Under the pieces are notes generated by a model. It made no database searches. It worked only from the letters and a program-made list of their open reading frames with translations, and had not been told where the DNA came from. From NCBI GenBank assembly GCA_965248435.1, contig OZ252100.1, positions 3,744,001 to 3,808,000 on the forward strand: DNA of 64,000 bases, written 5' to 3'. Shown in pieces: positions 1 to 9,892 of this stretch. The first letter of the stretch is position 1, and each line of letters begins with the position of its first letter. The translations under genes were made by a program, and so were the position numbers. This DNA comes from Candidatus Latescibacterota bacterium (GTDB lineage: Bacteria > Latescibacterota > UBA2968 > GCA-2709665).

Positions 1-876
1 TCGGAGGCTGTGCTTCCCGTCTACGACGCGGGCATTGTTCTGGGTGCAACGGTCACGGAGACGACGCGGACGTTCAACCGGAAGCCGTTCATGCTCGGTG
101 AGCACGTGGATCGGCTCTACCGGTCGATGAAGTACGCCCGCTTCGAGACGGAGATCAGCCCGAAGGAAATGATCGACATCACAATGAAGGTGATCGATCA
201 CAACCTGAACCTGCTTCCAGAAAAGAAAGAGCTTGGGGTGATCCACTTCGCGACGGCCGGGACCTTTTCGATCTATGCAGGCACCTCGGCGGGGACGGAG
301 AAGATGGAGCCCACGGTCTGTGTTCATACGTTCGAGCTGCCCCTTCACCTGTGGGCCGATGGCGTGCGGAACGGGGTGCACGCGGTAACGCCATCCAACC
401 GTCACATTCCCCCGCAGTGTATCGACCCGAAGATGAAGTATCGAAGCCGAATGCACTACTGGCTGGCGGAAAAAGAGGCGAGGATGGTGGACCCGAAGGC
501 CGCGGTCCTGCTCCTGGACCTGGACGGGAACATCGCGGAGTTCACCGGCGCGAACCTGTTGATCGTCAAGGACGGAACGATCGTTTCCCCGACGTTGCGC
601 AACACTCTGGAGGGGCTCAGCCGACAGACCGTGATCGAGCTGGCGGGCAAACTCGGGATTCCGTTCGAGGAAAGAGACCTCCAAATCTTCGATTTGGCCA
701 ACGCGGACGAAGCGATCGAGAGCTCGACGCCTTTCTGCCTCAGGCCGGTGACGAGAATCAACAACATGACGATCGGTAACGGAAAGCCGGGACCGATCAT
801 CGGCAGGCTACAGAAGGCGTGGAGCGAGCTGGTGGGAGTGGATATCGTCGCTCAAATTCTGGGTGACACGGAGTAG
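1..876 (+). CDS. PLP-dependent aminotransferase class IV (branched-chain/D-amino acid aminotransferase-like), 5' truncated by window
   Basis: Frame open from base 1; EHVDRL, Lys in PKMKYRSRMHY, AEFTGANLLIVKDG, LEGLSRQTV, ADEA motifs. Confidence 0.9.
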   Translation, partial: SEAVLPVYDAGIVLGATVTETTRTFNRKPFMLGEHVDRLYRSMKYARFETEISPKEMIDITMKVIDHNLNLLPEKKELGVIHFATAGTFSIYAGTSAGTEKMEPTVCVHTFELPLHLWADGVRNGVHAVTPSNRHIPPQCIDPKMKYRSRMHYWLAEKEARMVDPKAAVLLLDLDGNIAEFTGANLLIVKDGTIVSPTLRNTLEGLSRQTVIELAGKLGIPFEERDLQIFDLANADEAIESSTPFCLRPVTRINNMTIGNGKPGPIIGRLQKAWSELVGVDIVAQILGDTE

Positions 877-886
877 CTAGCAACTT

Positions 887-980
887 ACCGGGTACCGGGA
901 TAGGTAGATAGGTTACAGAGACCTGACGGTTTGGGGGCGACGTCTGCGTCGCCCCGAGAAATCAAAACACGGGTACCGGG
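887..980 (+). repeat. GGTACC-pair intergenic repeat, long form with ~60-bp insert (copies also at 14956-15054 and 21844-21938)
   Basis: Near-identical ccgggtaccgggataggtagataggttacagagacctgacggtttgggggcgacg(t/c)ctgcgtcgccc...caaaacacggg at three loci. Confidence 0.9.
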
Positions 981-1071
981 GATCGGGAAAATCAAAACCA
1001 GGAATCACTGCGCAAAGGTCGCAGAGAGAATCCGGATTGAATGCGATTTTTGATTTGTTGGGATATTTCGG

Positions 1072-2178
1072 ATGAAGATTACTGATGTGACCGTACAGCG
1101 CTACGCGTGGCCGCGTTCCAAACCGATTCGCAACGGGAAGTATACCTATACGACGGTCGGATTGAACCTGATTCAGATCGTGACGGACGGGGGCTTGACC
1201 GGGATCGGATGGGGTGGTGGGACCGCCGCGGGTCGTCCCGGCGAGGTGACGAGTGCGCTGGTGGAGCACTTCAAGCAGGCCCTGATCGGTGAGGACCCGT
1301 TCTCCTACCGGCGCCTCTGGGAGCAGATGTGGGAGCCCAAAATCGTGGGACGCCGGGGGATGTCGACGCAGGTGATCAGCGGGATCGACATCGCGCTGTG
1401 GGATCTGATGGGCAAGGCCCTCGGGAAATCGGTGCACAAGCTGCTCGGCGGATACACGGACCGCATCCCGACCTATATCGCCGGCGGCTACTACGAAGAA
1501 GGTAAGGGTCTGAAGGAGCTGGCACAGGAGATGGAGGAAAATCTCGACCTCGGCGCGAAGGCGGTGAAGATGAAGGTGGGCGGCGTGTCGATCCCCGAGG
1601 ATGTGGAGCGGATTCGCGTCGTGAGGGAGACGATCGGGCCCAACATCAAGCTGCTGGTGGACGCCAACAACGCCTACGCGGCCTACGAGGCGATCGACAT
1701 CGCACGCAAGATGGAGCCATACGATCCGTTCTGGTTCGAGGAGCCTGTGGCGCCCGACGACTACCGCGGACACGCGCAGGTTGCGCAGGCGACCGCGATT
1801 CCGATCGCCACGGGAGAGAATGAATACACCCGTTACGGATTCCGGGACCTGATCGACCACGACAGCGCCGCGATCTTCAACGCGGATGCCCAGATCCTTG
1901 GGGGCGTGACCGAGTTCATGCAGGTCGCGGCCCTGGCGGCCGCCCACGACCTGCGCATCGCTCCGCACGGCGCGCAGGAGGTCCACATCCATCTGGTCGC
2001 CGCGATATCGAACGGTCTGATTCTGGAGTTCTATCGCGAGACCGTTGATCCGTTGCGCGGCCGGATCTTCAAGGACCCACTCGTCCTGGACAAGGATGGG
2101 TATGTTACGGTGCCCGATCGGCCCGGCCTGGGGATGGAACCGAATTACGAATTGTTGGAGGAACATCGTGTCGGGTAG
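1072..2178 (+). CDS. mandelate racemase/muconate lactonizing enzyme family (enolase superfamily) dehydratase/epimerase
   Basis: GIDIALWDLMGK, KMKVG, VDAN, WFEEP, TGENE, APH motifs. Confidence 0.92.
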   Translation: MKITDVTVQRYAWPRSKPIRNGKYTYTTVGLNLIQIVTDGGLTGIGWGGGTAAGRPGEVTSALVEHFKQALIGEDPFSYRRLWEQMWEPKIVGRRGMSTQVISGIDIALWDLMGKALGKSVHKLLGGYTDRIPTYIAGGYYEEGKGLKELAQEMEENLDLGAKAVKMKVGGVSIPEDVERIRVVRETIGPNIKLLVDANNAYAAYEAIDIARKMEPYDPFWFEEPVAPDDYRGHAQVAQATAIPIATGENEYTRYGFRDLIDHDSAAIFNADAQILGGVTEFMQVAALAAAHDLRIAPHGAQEVHIHLVAAISNGLILEFYRETVDPLRGRIFKDPLVLDKDGYVTVPDRPGLGMEPNYELLEEHRVG

Positions 2179-2198
2179 AGAGGCCCGGTGAGGTAAGC

Positions 2199-3269
2199 GT
2201 GAATATCGAAGTCGTTTCGACACAGGTGTTGTGCAAACAACCCGGGCGGTACATCGGCTGGCCGACGATCGCAAAGACGGCGCAGGAAGAACTGCTGGTC
2301 GTCTTTTCGGGGGACCGTGACTCGCACGTCTGTCCTTACGGCAAGACCCAGATTGTGCGGTCCTCCGACGGAGGCGCGTCGTGGAGTGCTCCGGAGACGA
2401 TCAACGACACGCCACTGGATGATCGGGATGCGGGGATCATCGTGACTCGATCTGGCGCGATCGTGGTGAGCTGGTTTACCGGCGTCATTACGGAAGCGCG
2501 CATGCTGCGATACCGGAAGCAATACGGCGATGAGACGGTGGATCGATGGCAGGCGACGATCGATTCGCTCACTCCTGAGGACCAGCGCGAAGGGCTGGGG
2601 CACTGGGTGCGGCGGTCGGAGGACGGCGGAAAGACCTGGCAGACACCCGTTCGTACGCAGGAGAGCGCGCCTCACGGGCCGATCGAGCTGAGTGACGGAC
2701 GGCTCCTCTACGTCGGCAGGACGATCTTTCACGACGAGGAGGCGCTCCTGGTGGAGCAGTCGGAGGACGACGGACGCACCTGGGCGCTTCTGGGCCGGAT
2801 CGAGATCCCGCCCGATGAATCGATCGATTCCTATCACGAACCGCACGTCGTCGAGACAGAAGACGGACGTCTGGTCGCGATGGTTCGCTACGTGCCTTCG
2901 GACCGATCGCAGCACTTCCTGCGTCAGTCGGAGAGCGAGGACGGCGGCTCGACCTGGACCGTGGCGGAGGCGACTCCGATCTGGGGTTACCCACCCCACC
3001 TGATTCGATTGCAAAACGGATGGCTCCTGGTCGTTTACGGGAAGCGGAGGCCTCCGTACGGAGAGTATGCCTGTATCAGCAAGGACGGGGGAAAGACGTG
3101 GGAGGCCGAGAACGAACTCCTTGTGTGCGCGTCGCACGACGCAGATCTGGGATACCCAGCGTCCGTTCAAGTGGCTGATGGTTCGATCTGGACGGTCTAT
3201 TACCAGAAGGACGAGCCGGATGAGATGCCCTGCCTGATGGGCACGCACTGGCGTGTTCCGGGCGAGTGA
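2199..3269 (+). CDS. BNR/Asp-box beta-propeller, sialidase-like glycoside hydrolase
   Basis: Repeated SxDGGxTW Asp-boxes, YHEP, DLGYPASV; GTG start after gaggt. Confidence 0.85.
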   Translation: MNIEVVSTQVLCKQPGRYIGWPTIAKTAQEELLVVFSGDRDSHVCPYGKTQIVRSSDGGASWSAPETINDTPLDDRDAGIIVTRSGAIVVSWFTGVITEARMLRYRKQYGDETVDRWQATIDSLTPEDQREGLGHWVRRSEDGGKTWQTPVRTQESAPHGPIELSDGRLLYVGRTIFHDEEALLVEQSEDDGRTWALLGRIEIPPDESIDSYHEPHVVETEDGRLVAMVRYVPSDRSQHFLRQSESEDGGSTWTVAEATPIWGYPPHLIRLQNGWLLVVYGKRRPPYGEYACISKDGGKTWEAENELLVCASHDADLGYPASVQVADGSIWTVYYQKDEPDEMPCLMGTHWRVPGE

Positions 3270-4336
3270 GCTGGGGGAGGACCGCCTTGGGGGAGACGAC
3301 GGATCGCATCGAGATGAAGCTTGTTCCCCTTATGGATGGTCCTCTGACTTTCGCGGGTGTGGTGTCGCTGGAGGTCAACGGGACTGTTCATCCGTGGCGG
3401 ATTCCCTTCGACCAGCGTGACCTGTTTGATCCCGGACTGGTACAGAGAGGCGCGTGTCCCGCCGGGGTTCGGTTAAGGTTGTCGAGCGATGCCGAAGTCC
3501 TGACGCTTCGGGTCGTGCCTCCCGTGGAGGAAAGCAGCACGCCCTGGGTGTTCGATCTGCTGATCGACGGTCAACTACACCAACGCTTGCATCCGCCTGT
3601 CGACGCTGGGGAGATTCAATTCATAGATCTACCGAAAGGCGTCCACCCGCTCGAACTCTACCTACCCAGCCAGTACGTTCCAGTTACGATACAATCTCTG
3701 GAAGTCGATCGCGACGCGACGGTCGGCCCCTGGCCGGACGAGCGGCCCCGGTGGGTTACCTATGGCAGCTCGATCACGCACTGCCGCCACGCCCACGGTC
3801 CCAGCGAGACGTGGCCGGCCCTGGTGGCGAATCGGTTCGAGTTGAACCTGATCTGCCTGGGCTACAGCGGGAGCTGCCACGTGGAGCCCATGGTTGCCCG
3901 GATGATTCGCGACCTCTCCGTGGACTATATCAGCCTGAAGCTGGGCGCAAACGTCGTCGGCGGAGGGTCGCTTTCAGAGCGAACATTCCGTGCAGCGGTG
4001 ATCGGGATGATCAAGACGATCCGTGACGGCCATCCCGAAGTACCCATAGGGGTCGTATCGCCCTTTTTCTGGCCCGAGCACGAGTCCATCCCAAACGAAA
4101 AGGGGATGACGATGCCGCTTGCTCGGGAAGTCGTAGAAGAGGCGATTCGAACTCTGCAAAAGTACGGTGACCGAGACCTGCATTACATCGACGGCCTGTC
4201 GATCCTCGGAAATGATGATGGGGAACACGTCGAGGATGGGATCCACGTGAGCGGCGATGGAATGCACTTCGTCGCGGATCGCTTCATTGAACTTGTGATG
4301 CCTGAGTTGACGGGGAACCGTGACCGTGTCGGATGA
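3266..4336 (+). CDS. SGNH/GDSL hydrolase (esterase)
   Basis: YGSSITH block I, LGYSG, LGAN, DGIH catalytic motif; overlaps upstream stop. Confidence 0.88.
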   Translation: MSWGRTALGETTDRIEMKLVPLMDGPLTFAGVVSLEVNGTVHPWRIPFDQRDLFDPGLVQRGACPAGVRLRLSSDAEVLTLRVVPPVEESSTPWVFDLLIDGQLHQRLHPPVDAGEIQFIDLPKGVHPLELYLPSQYVPVTIQSLEVDRDATVGPWPDERPRWVTYGSSITHCRHAHGPSETWPALVANRFELNLICLGYSGSCHVEPMVARMIRDLSVDYISLKLGANVVGGGSLSERTFRAAVIGMIKTIRDGHPEVPIGVVSPFFWPEHESIPNEKGMTMPLAREVVEEAIRTLQKYGDRDLHYIDGLSILGNDDGEHVEDGIHVSGDGMHFVADRFIELVMPELTGNRDRVG

Positions 4337-4359
4337 CCATCGCTGAAAGGAGCTGAGCT

Positions 4360-5241
4360 ATGCCGAAACGGATCAACAGGGCGATCGAACTGCTGGAGCA
4401 GGGGCAGCCGATTTACTATATCGATCCACAGGAGGTTTCTTACGAAGCCGGCCGGGAGATGGCCGGTACGTGGGCCGACTACATCAGGATCGAGACGGAA
4501 CACGATCCGTTCGATGTCCACGCCATCGGCGAGTTCATGCGTGGCCTGGTGGATGGCGGTCCTACCCGGAGCGGGCATCGGACGCCGGCCGTGTCCGTGA
4601 CCATTCCGACGGACGGCACGAGCGAAGCCGTGATCCGGGCGAACGCCTGGATGATCAAACAGGTCCTCGCGCAGGGTGTCCACGGCGTTGCGCTGCCCCA
4701 CGCCGAAACGCCGGAGGTCGTCAAAGCCTTCGTCGAATCCTGCCGTTACTCCTTCGAGCAGCTTGGTGTAGGACACGGCCTGGGTCCCGGTCGCAGAGGT
4801 CATAAGGGGCAGGCAACCGCGTCGGAAGTGTGGGGCCTTCCTGTCCAGGAATACTTGAAGCGGGCCGATGTCTGGCCGCTGAATCCCGTGGGCGAGATCA
4901 TGCTCGGAATCAAGATCGAAAACAGACGTGCCCTGGAAAACGCGGAGTCGAGTGCGAAGGTGCCGGGCATCGTCTATGGGGAGTGGGGCGCCGGCGACAT
5001 GGCGATGTCGTTCGGTTATCCGGACGCTCACGACCCTCCTTATCCCGAAGCGGTCTCGCAGGCCCGCCAGCGTGTGAAGACGGCCCTTCAGGAGGCGCAT
5101 GTCTTTTTCCTCGATCTTGTATTCCCGGACACCGTGGTTGAAATGATTGACGACGGCCTGATGATCGGCTCCTGTGGACCTGCGGGAGAAGTGCCTGCCA
5201 AGATCGGGCGGGCCCACACCAAACGCACAATGCCAGTATAG
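4360..5241 (+). CDS. HpcH/HpaI aldolase/citrate lyase family protein
   Basis: ETEHDP, VLAQGVHGVALPHAET, IKIEN, WGAGDMAMS; SD aaggag. Confidence 0.85.
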   Translation: MPKRINRAIELLEQGQPIYYIDPQEVSYEAGREMAGTWADYIRIETEHDPFDVHAIGEFMRGLVDGGPTRSGHRTPAVSVTIPTDGTSEAVIRANAWMIKQVLAQGVHGVALPHAETPEVVKAFVESCRYSFEQLGVGHGLGPGRRGHKGQATASEVWGLPVQEYLKRADVWPLNPVGEIMLGIKIENRRALENAESSAKVPGIVYGEWGAGDMAMSFGYPDAHDPPYPEAVSQARQRVKTALQEAHVFFLDLVFPDTVVEMIDDGLMIGSCGPAGEVPAKIGRAHTKRTMPV

Positions 5242-5259
5242 CGTCGCGGAGGTCACCCA

Positions 5260-7191
5260 GTGAGTACCGAGGAAGGTAAGACCCTCCCCGCCTGGAACGA
5301 GGCGGGCGTCGTTTCCACCGTTCAGAGCCCCCACGCCATTCTAAAACCGGTCCCGATTCAGGCCGTTACGATGGAGGCGGGATTCTGGCGGCCGCGAATG
5401 GAGGCCAACCGCAGGGCGGGCATTCCGGCCTTCCTCTCCTGGCTCGACAGGGACGATCAGATCAGCCCGTTCCGGACATTCTCCCATTCTACAGACGGTC
5501 CTAAAATTGGGAACGCCCTGGAGATCCTGGACAGGAACTATAGAGGCCAAAACAAACTCGGACTGTCCTACACCTGGCGCGCGAACGCGACGAAGTGGCT
5601 GGAAGCTTGCGCGTTCGTGCTTCAATCGGCCGAGGACGAAGAGATTCGAAGTCTCGTCGACGATCTTACTGCAGGTTTCGTTGCAGCGCATCAGAATGAA
5701 GATTTTTTCAACATCTATTATGGCGAGAATTTCGAGCACTCGTATGGGCTCGCAACTCCGGGCCATCTGATCCAGACGGCCATCGCCCACCATCGCGCGA
5801 CCGGTGAAAACAAATTCCTGGAATGCGCCGCGGACGTCGCGGACCGTGTCTGCGCGAAGTTCGGAGGCGAGGTCTTTGCAGGCCATCCTGCCATCGAGAT
5901 GGCCCTCGTCGAATTGTATCGATCGACCGGTGACGAGCGCTACCTGCGCGGCGCAGAGCATTTCTTGACACCCCTGCTCAGACAGCCGCCCGTGATTGGT
6001 CCGAGCGTCTCTATCGGCTCGAATGTAGGCGTCCGCCGTTCCGCACATCTCGTGCGTCAGACCTATCTGATGAGCGGCGGGGCGGACTACTTCGCGGAAA
6101 CCGGGGAGAGGGCCTATCTGGACAAGCTGGACGCGATCTGGAGGGACGTCACCGAAAGAAAATTGCATATCATCGGATCTATCGCGGTCAAACGCGGGGA
6201 AGCCGAAGTGGCAGTTGAAGAGGCCTTCGACCTGTCCCAGGGGGTATCGGGCTGGACCGGGTCGACCGGGATGGAGACCTGCGCGACGATCGGCAACGCC
6301 TACTGGAACTGGCGGATGCTCGCCGTGACGGGTGAGGCCGTCTATGCCGATCTTTTCGAGCGGATTCTCTACAACGGGATCCTGGCGGGCGTCTCGCTGG
6401 ACCACACCACTTTCTCCTACCTCGTGCCCCTGGCTTCACTCGGGGATCATCCTCCGAGAACGACCTGGGCGTCTCTGTCGCCCAGCTGTTGTCCCCCGAA
6501 CGTGCTTTGTACGATCGCGTCGGTTCCCGGCTATATCTATAGCACGTCCGAAAGTGGCTTCTGGGTCCACCTCTACGACAACAGCCGCGTAGATTGGCAC
6601 CTGCCGGACGGTACGGAGATCGCCCTTTCGCAAAAGACGCAGTATCCGTGGGAGGGCCTCGTAGAGCTCGAGATTTCTTCCCAGAAACCCGCGAGCTTCG
6701 ATCTGAACCTGCGCATCCCCGGCTGGTGTTCGAGCCCAAAGGTTGAAGTCAACGGAACAGCTGTCGGTGGGGTCGAACCTGGATCCTACTGCCGAATCCA
6801 CAAAGAGTGGAGCTCGGGAGACCGCGTCGTCCTGGACCTGCCGATGCCGGTCGTCGCCGTGCAGGCGGATCCCCGCGTGCAGGTATTGCAGCAGAGACTG
6901 GCTTTGATGCGGGGGCCTCTCGTCTACTGTTTCGAAGGCGCGGACAACCCCGAGGTCGATCTGTGGGAGATCAGCGTCAAAACGGGGGGGCATTCGACCA
7001 GAGGGGAGGGACTCTACGAGCCTGTGGGGGAACTGCCCGAGTTCGAGCCGGACCTGGAGGAAGACCTTCTGGACGGGGTTGTCGTTCTCCGAGGGGAGGG
7101 TGGAACCGGAAGGTCGGCGGCGGCGATTCCCTTCTACGCTTGGGGAAATCGCGGGGTCTCACCCTTTCTGACCTGGGTGAGCGTTTCCTAA
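5260..7191 (+). CDS. GH127 beta-L-arabinofuranosidase-like glycoside hydrolase
   Basis: ETC and SCCPPN Zn/Cys motifs, ERILYNG, TQYPWEG, LRIPGW, RGPLVYC, IPFYAWGNRG. Confidence 0.9.
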   Translation: MSTEEGKTLPAWNEAGVVSTVQSPHAILKPVPIQAVTMEAGFWRPRMEANRRAGIPAFLSWLDRDDQISPFRTFSHSTDGPKIGNALEILDRNYRGQNKLGLSYTWRANATKWLEACAFVLQSAEDEEIRSLVDDLTAGFVAAHQNEDFFNIYYGENFEHSYGLATPGHLIQTAIAHHRATGENKFLECAADVADRVCAKFGGEVFAGHPAIEMALVELYRSTGDERYLRGAEHFLTPLLRQPPVIGPSVSIGSNVGVRRSAHLVRQTYLMSGGADYFAETGERAYLDKLDAIWRDVTERKLHIIGSIAVKRGEAEVAVEEAFDLSQGVSGWTGSTGMETCATIGNAYWNWRMLAVTGEAVYADLFERILYNGILAGVSLDHTTFSYLVPLASLGDHPPRTTWASLSPSCCPPNVLCTIASVPGYIYSTSESGFWVHLYDNSRVDWHLPDGTEIALSQKTQYPWEGLVELEISSQKPASFDLNLRIPGWCSSPKVEVNGTAVGGVEPGSYCRIHKEWSSGDRVVLDLPMPVVAVQADPRVQVLQQRLALMRGPLVYCFEGADNPEVDLWEISVKTGGHSTRGEGLYEPVGELPEFEPDLEEDLLDGVVVLRGEGGTGRSAAAIPFYAWGNRGVSPFLTWVSVS

Positions 7192-7405
7192 TACAAGGCA
7201 GAAGCTCTTGTATTGAAAGCCTTTAAGGCAACGAATCCTGCCACAAGAATGGGGCGGCTAGCTCGCAGATGGGAGCATCACCGCCCGCCCGGTTCAGCCT
7301 CGAATAGGCTTGGAAATTCTGACTGTGATCACTATTCTATAGCAGACAGACAGATGCATTTGCACCCCATTCCGAGAGTCCGCTTGATTGATCCTGGAGC
7401 CATGA

Positions 7406-8434
7406 ATGGCCATCAAACCAAAAAAAGACTGGATCACCCATTACGGCCCGAGCGTGATCCAGGAAGAATGCGCGAAGTTGAAGAGTTACGTAGTTTTGAC
7501 CTCACCCTCGGCCTGGGAGGCAGTGCAGGACAAGCTTCCGGTCGAGCCCAAGGGTCTGGAGTATGTGACGAGCCAGGATGAGGGGTATACGAACCGGCTC
7601 GTGAAGAAACTTCCGAAGACGCCCAATGTACTGGGGATCGGCGGCGGGCGGGCCCTGGACGCCGCCAAATTCGTGGCCTGGAAGAAGAAGTCCAAGCTGA
7701 TTCAGATCCCGACGATCGTCTCGACGGGTGCCATTTTTCAGGCCACGTTTCCCGGCCGGAAGGATGGAAAGCTGAGAATTGTCGAAGAGACGGTCGCACC
7801 TGAAGCTGTGCTCTTCGACACGGACGTGATCTGGGCAGCGCCGCCCTACATGAACGCAGCAGGCATGGGCGAATGCATCTGTTTTCTGGCCGCAGCAGCG
7901 TCCTGGAAGTGGTGGTCGGACCAGGGGCTACCGGGCGATTCCTGGGAGCCGGCCGCAGGGGAAGCCATAGAGGCGTGGATAACGGAGCGCGTCGACCGGT
8001 ATGTGTCCGATCTGGATGTGGAGGGGAGGCCCGGGCCGCCCGCGATTCGGACGTGCGCCGAGATATCCAGAGAGCGCTGGGACCTCCCGGTCATGAAGCA
8101 GCAGGTGAATCACAGTGTCGATCACCCGATCGATCCTGCCTTCTGCTGGGTTCACGGCCGACAACCCCTCCACGGCGAGATCGTGGCTCTGGGGACCCTC
8201 ATCACCTGCCACCTCTGCGACATGCACTTTGAGAAAGCCGTGGAGATGCTCAAGGCCTGCGGCGCCCGCTACAAGCCACGGCAGATCGGATGCAGCTGGG
8301 AGGAGATTCACGAGGCGATGGACGCGGTTCCCGAGCACGTGGACTACATAGGTGGCCTCGAGACGATCCTGCACAAAATGTCGATGGACGAGAAGACGAT
8401 GTCGGAGATGGCGGAGCGGATCGACAAGAGTTGA
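7406..8434 (+). CDS. metal-dependent polyol dehydrogenase (glycerol-1-phosphate/glycerol dehydrogenase family)
   Basis: GIGGGRALDAAK, IPT, His ligands HSVDH and LHGE. Confidence 0.8.
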   Translation: MAIKPKKDWITHYGPSVIQEECAKLKSYVVLTSPSAWEAVQDKLPVEPKGLEYVTSQDEGYTNRLVKKLPKTPNVLGIGGGRALDAAKFVAWKKKSKLIQIPTIVSTGAIFQATFPGRKDGKLRIVEETVAPEAVLFDTDVIWAAPPYMNAAGMGECICFLAAAASWKWWSDQGLPGDSWEPAAGEAIEAWITERVDRYVSDLDVEGRPGPPAIRTCAEISRERWDLPVMKQQVNHSVDHPIDPAFCWVHGRQPLHGEIVALGTLITCHLCDMHFEKAVEMLKACGARYKPRQIGCSWEEIHEAMDAVPEHVDYIGGLETILHKMSMDEKTMSEMAERIDKS

Positions 8435-8523
8435 TGTTCAGGATTCTTTTGAGTTCCCACCTTTGAGCGACAGCTAGAACCAGCCTCATCCTTCCTGGAT
8501 CGCAAATCTTTCCTATCGAATTT

Positions 8524-8720
8524 TCGCCGCCTGGAGCCTGCCCCGTGCCGAGACACGGGGGCGGCTCCCACCAGATTCACTTGCGTTTCGAATTCACGTA
8601 GTACTCCCAAGCCGTTCTTAGGGTAGGAGCCAGTTCCTGCTGGCGAAGGCGAGCATCAGGGTGAAGGATTCACCGCCCGGAGCAAGCGCCGGCATGCCAC
8701 AAGCCGGGTGCGGCTCCTAA
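8524..8720. repeat. GTAG/GTGG-type REP cluster upstream of RAYT
   Basis: tcgccgcctggag...gcggctcccac, gtaggagccagttcctgctggcga (8623-8646), ...gcggctcctaa. Confidence 0.75.
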
Positions 8721-8778
8721 CGGATTTGCTCCGCGAGTATCGGGGTGAAGGGATCACGCCAAGAATCGATCTGGCGGG

Positions 8779-9285
8779 ATGCAGGACGTTTTCGAGATGG
8801 AAGAACGGTTCCACCAATCGGCTCTAAGGAAATGGCGCGCCTCGCTGTCAGGGTCCATCTACTCGATAACAAAGTGTGTTGACGACACAGCAAGCCCATT
8901 AATTCGTGACCCAATGAATCCGGAGACTGAGTCTGAAGTGCCCAAGCTCGTCGTTGAGTGTTTGCGCTGGCTTCATAAGAACGGGCGTCTCAGATGTGAA
9001 GGGTACGTCGTGATGCCTGATCACGTGCATTTGATCGTGGCCCTAGGAGAGGATCAGGATCTTTCTAACGTGATCGCATCATTCGGAAGCTATTCGGCCC
9101 GAGGAATCAACAGAGTAAAGCACGAGAAAGGAAGATTCTGGCAACGCGGATTTTATGATCATAGGCTCCGCAGCAAAGAAGCCTTTTCTAGACATCTGGG
9201 ATACATCCGTGAAAATCCGGTAAGAAAAGGTTATGTTGAAAGCCCTGAGGATTGGCCCTACTCCTGCCTTTTTCCGGATTGGTAA
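8779..9285 (+). CDS. REP-associated tyrosine transposase (RAYT/TnpA-REP, Y1 HUH)
   Basis: VVMPDHVH HUH motif, FWQRGFYDH, YIRENPV, WPYS; flanked by inverted GTAG REPs. Confidence 0.92.
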   Translation: MQDVFEMEERFHQSALRKWRASLSGSIYSITKCVDDTASPLIRDPMNPETESEVPKLVVECLRWLHKNGRLRCEGYVVMPDHVHLIVALGEDQDLSNVIASFGSYSARGINRVKHEKGRFWQRGFYDHRLRSKEAFSRHLGYIRENPVRKGYVESPEDWPYSCLFPDW

Positions 9286-9291
9286 GGTCGA

Positions 9292-9433
9292 TTCGCAGCC
9301 GGGAGGCTGCTCCTACCAGATCGATTAGGCGAGCATCAGGGTGAAGGGCTTCGCAGCCGGGAGGCTGCTCCTACCAGATCGATTAGGCGAGCATCAGGGT
9401 GAAGGGCTTCGCAGCCGGGAGGCTGCTCCTACC
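9292..9433. repeat. tandem REP array, 58-bp period, three REP copies
   Basis: ttcgcagccgggaggctgctcctacc at 9292, 9350 and 9408 with identical linkers. Confidence 0.92.
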
Positions 9434-9475
9434 GGATTCACTCGCATTATTTGAATTCACGAATCAGGAGGATCG

Positions 9476-9660
9476 ATGAGTTTTTCGTCTTTGACAGATC
9501 TTGCAACACTGCGCGACCTGGAGAGTCGATGCATTTCCCCAGAGAATCCAACCGGGGAGAAGGGGCAGGCGGCACAGGCCCGCGGGGGTTGGAAGGGTCG
9601 CCTTTCGTTCGCCCTTTTCCGGAAGGGGAAACGGTTACGGCCGTGGATGTCGAAGGGCCG
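9476..9660 (+). pseudogene. N-terminal remnant of DUF2961/GH172-like protein, frameshifted and truncated
   Basis: Good SD (aggagg); SRCISPENPTGEKG...GWKG continues in another frame as GETVTAVDVEGP, then similarity ends at a gtatctc repeat. Confidence 0.7.
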
Positions 9661-9892
9661 TATCTCGTATCGGCAAAGCCGTATCTCGTATCTCGGGGCT
9701 AGTTATCTCGCCTGTTCCCTAGAGCCTCGAAGAATTCACGTCCTATTTTCGTGGTCGGTTTTTTGAACGGCAGGATACATCCAACGAGATACGCTCCGTG
9801 TTGTTGCATCGGAGTCGCACACCGCGGCTTGATGGCTTTGAGCAATGCATTTCGTGAAAGTACCGAATTCAGGATAAGGAGGGCGAATCAAG

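Noticed and set aside
7250-7320. tRNA-like start ggggcggctagctc...
   Set aside because: No T-arm GTTCRA motif in register, no closing acceptor stem and no CCA.
7406-8434. Archaeal ether-lipid synthesis implied by a G1P dehydrogenase-like gene
   Set aside because: Family membership alone does not fix the substrate, there is no GGGP synthase nearby, and the context is catabolic.
9292-9433. Repeat-spacer pattern resembling a mini CRISPR array
   Set aside because: Spacers are identical, the repeats are GTAG-type REPs next to a RAYT, and there are no cas genes.
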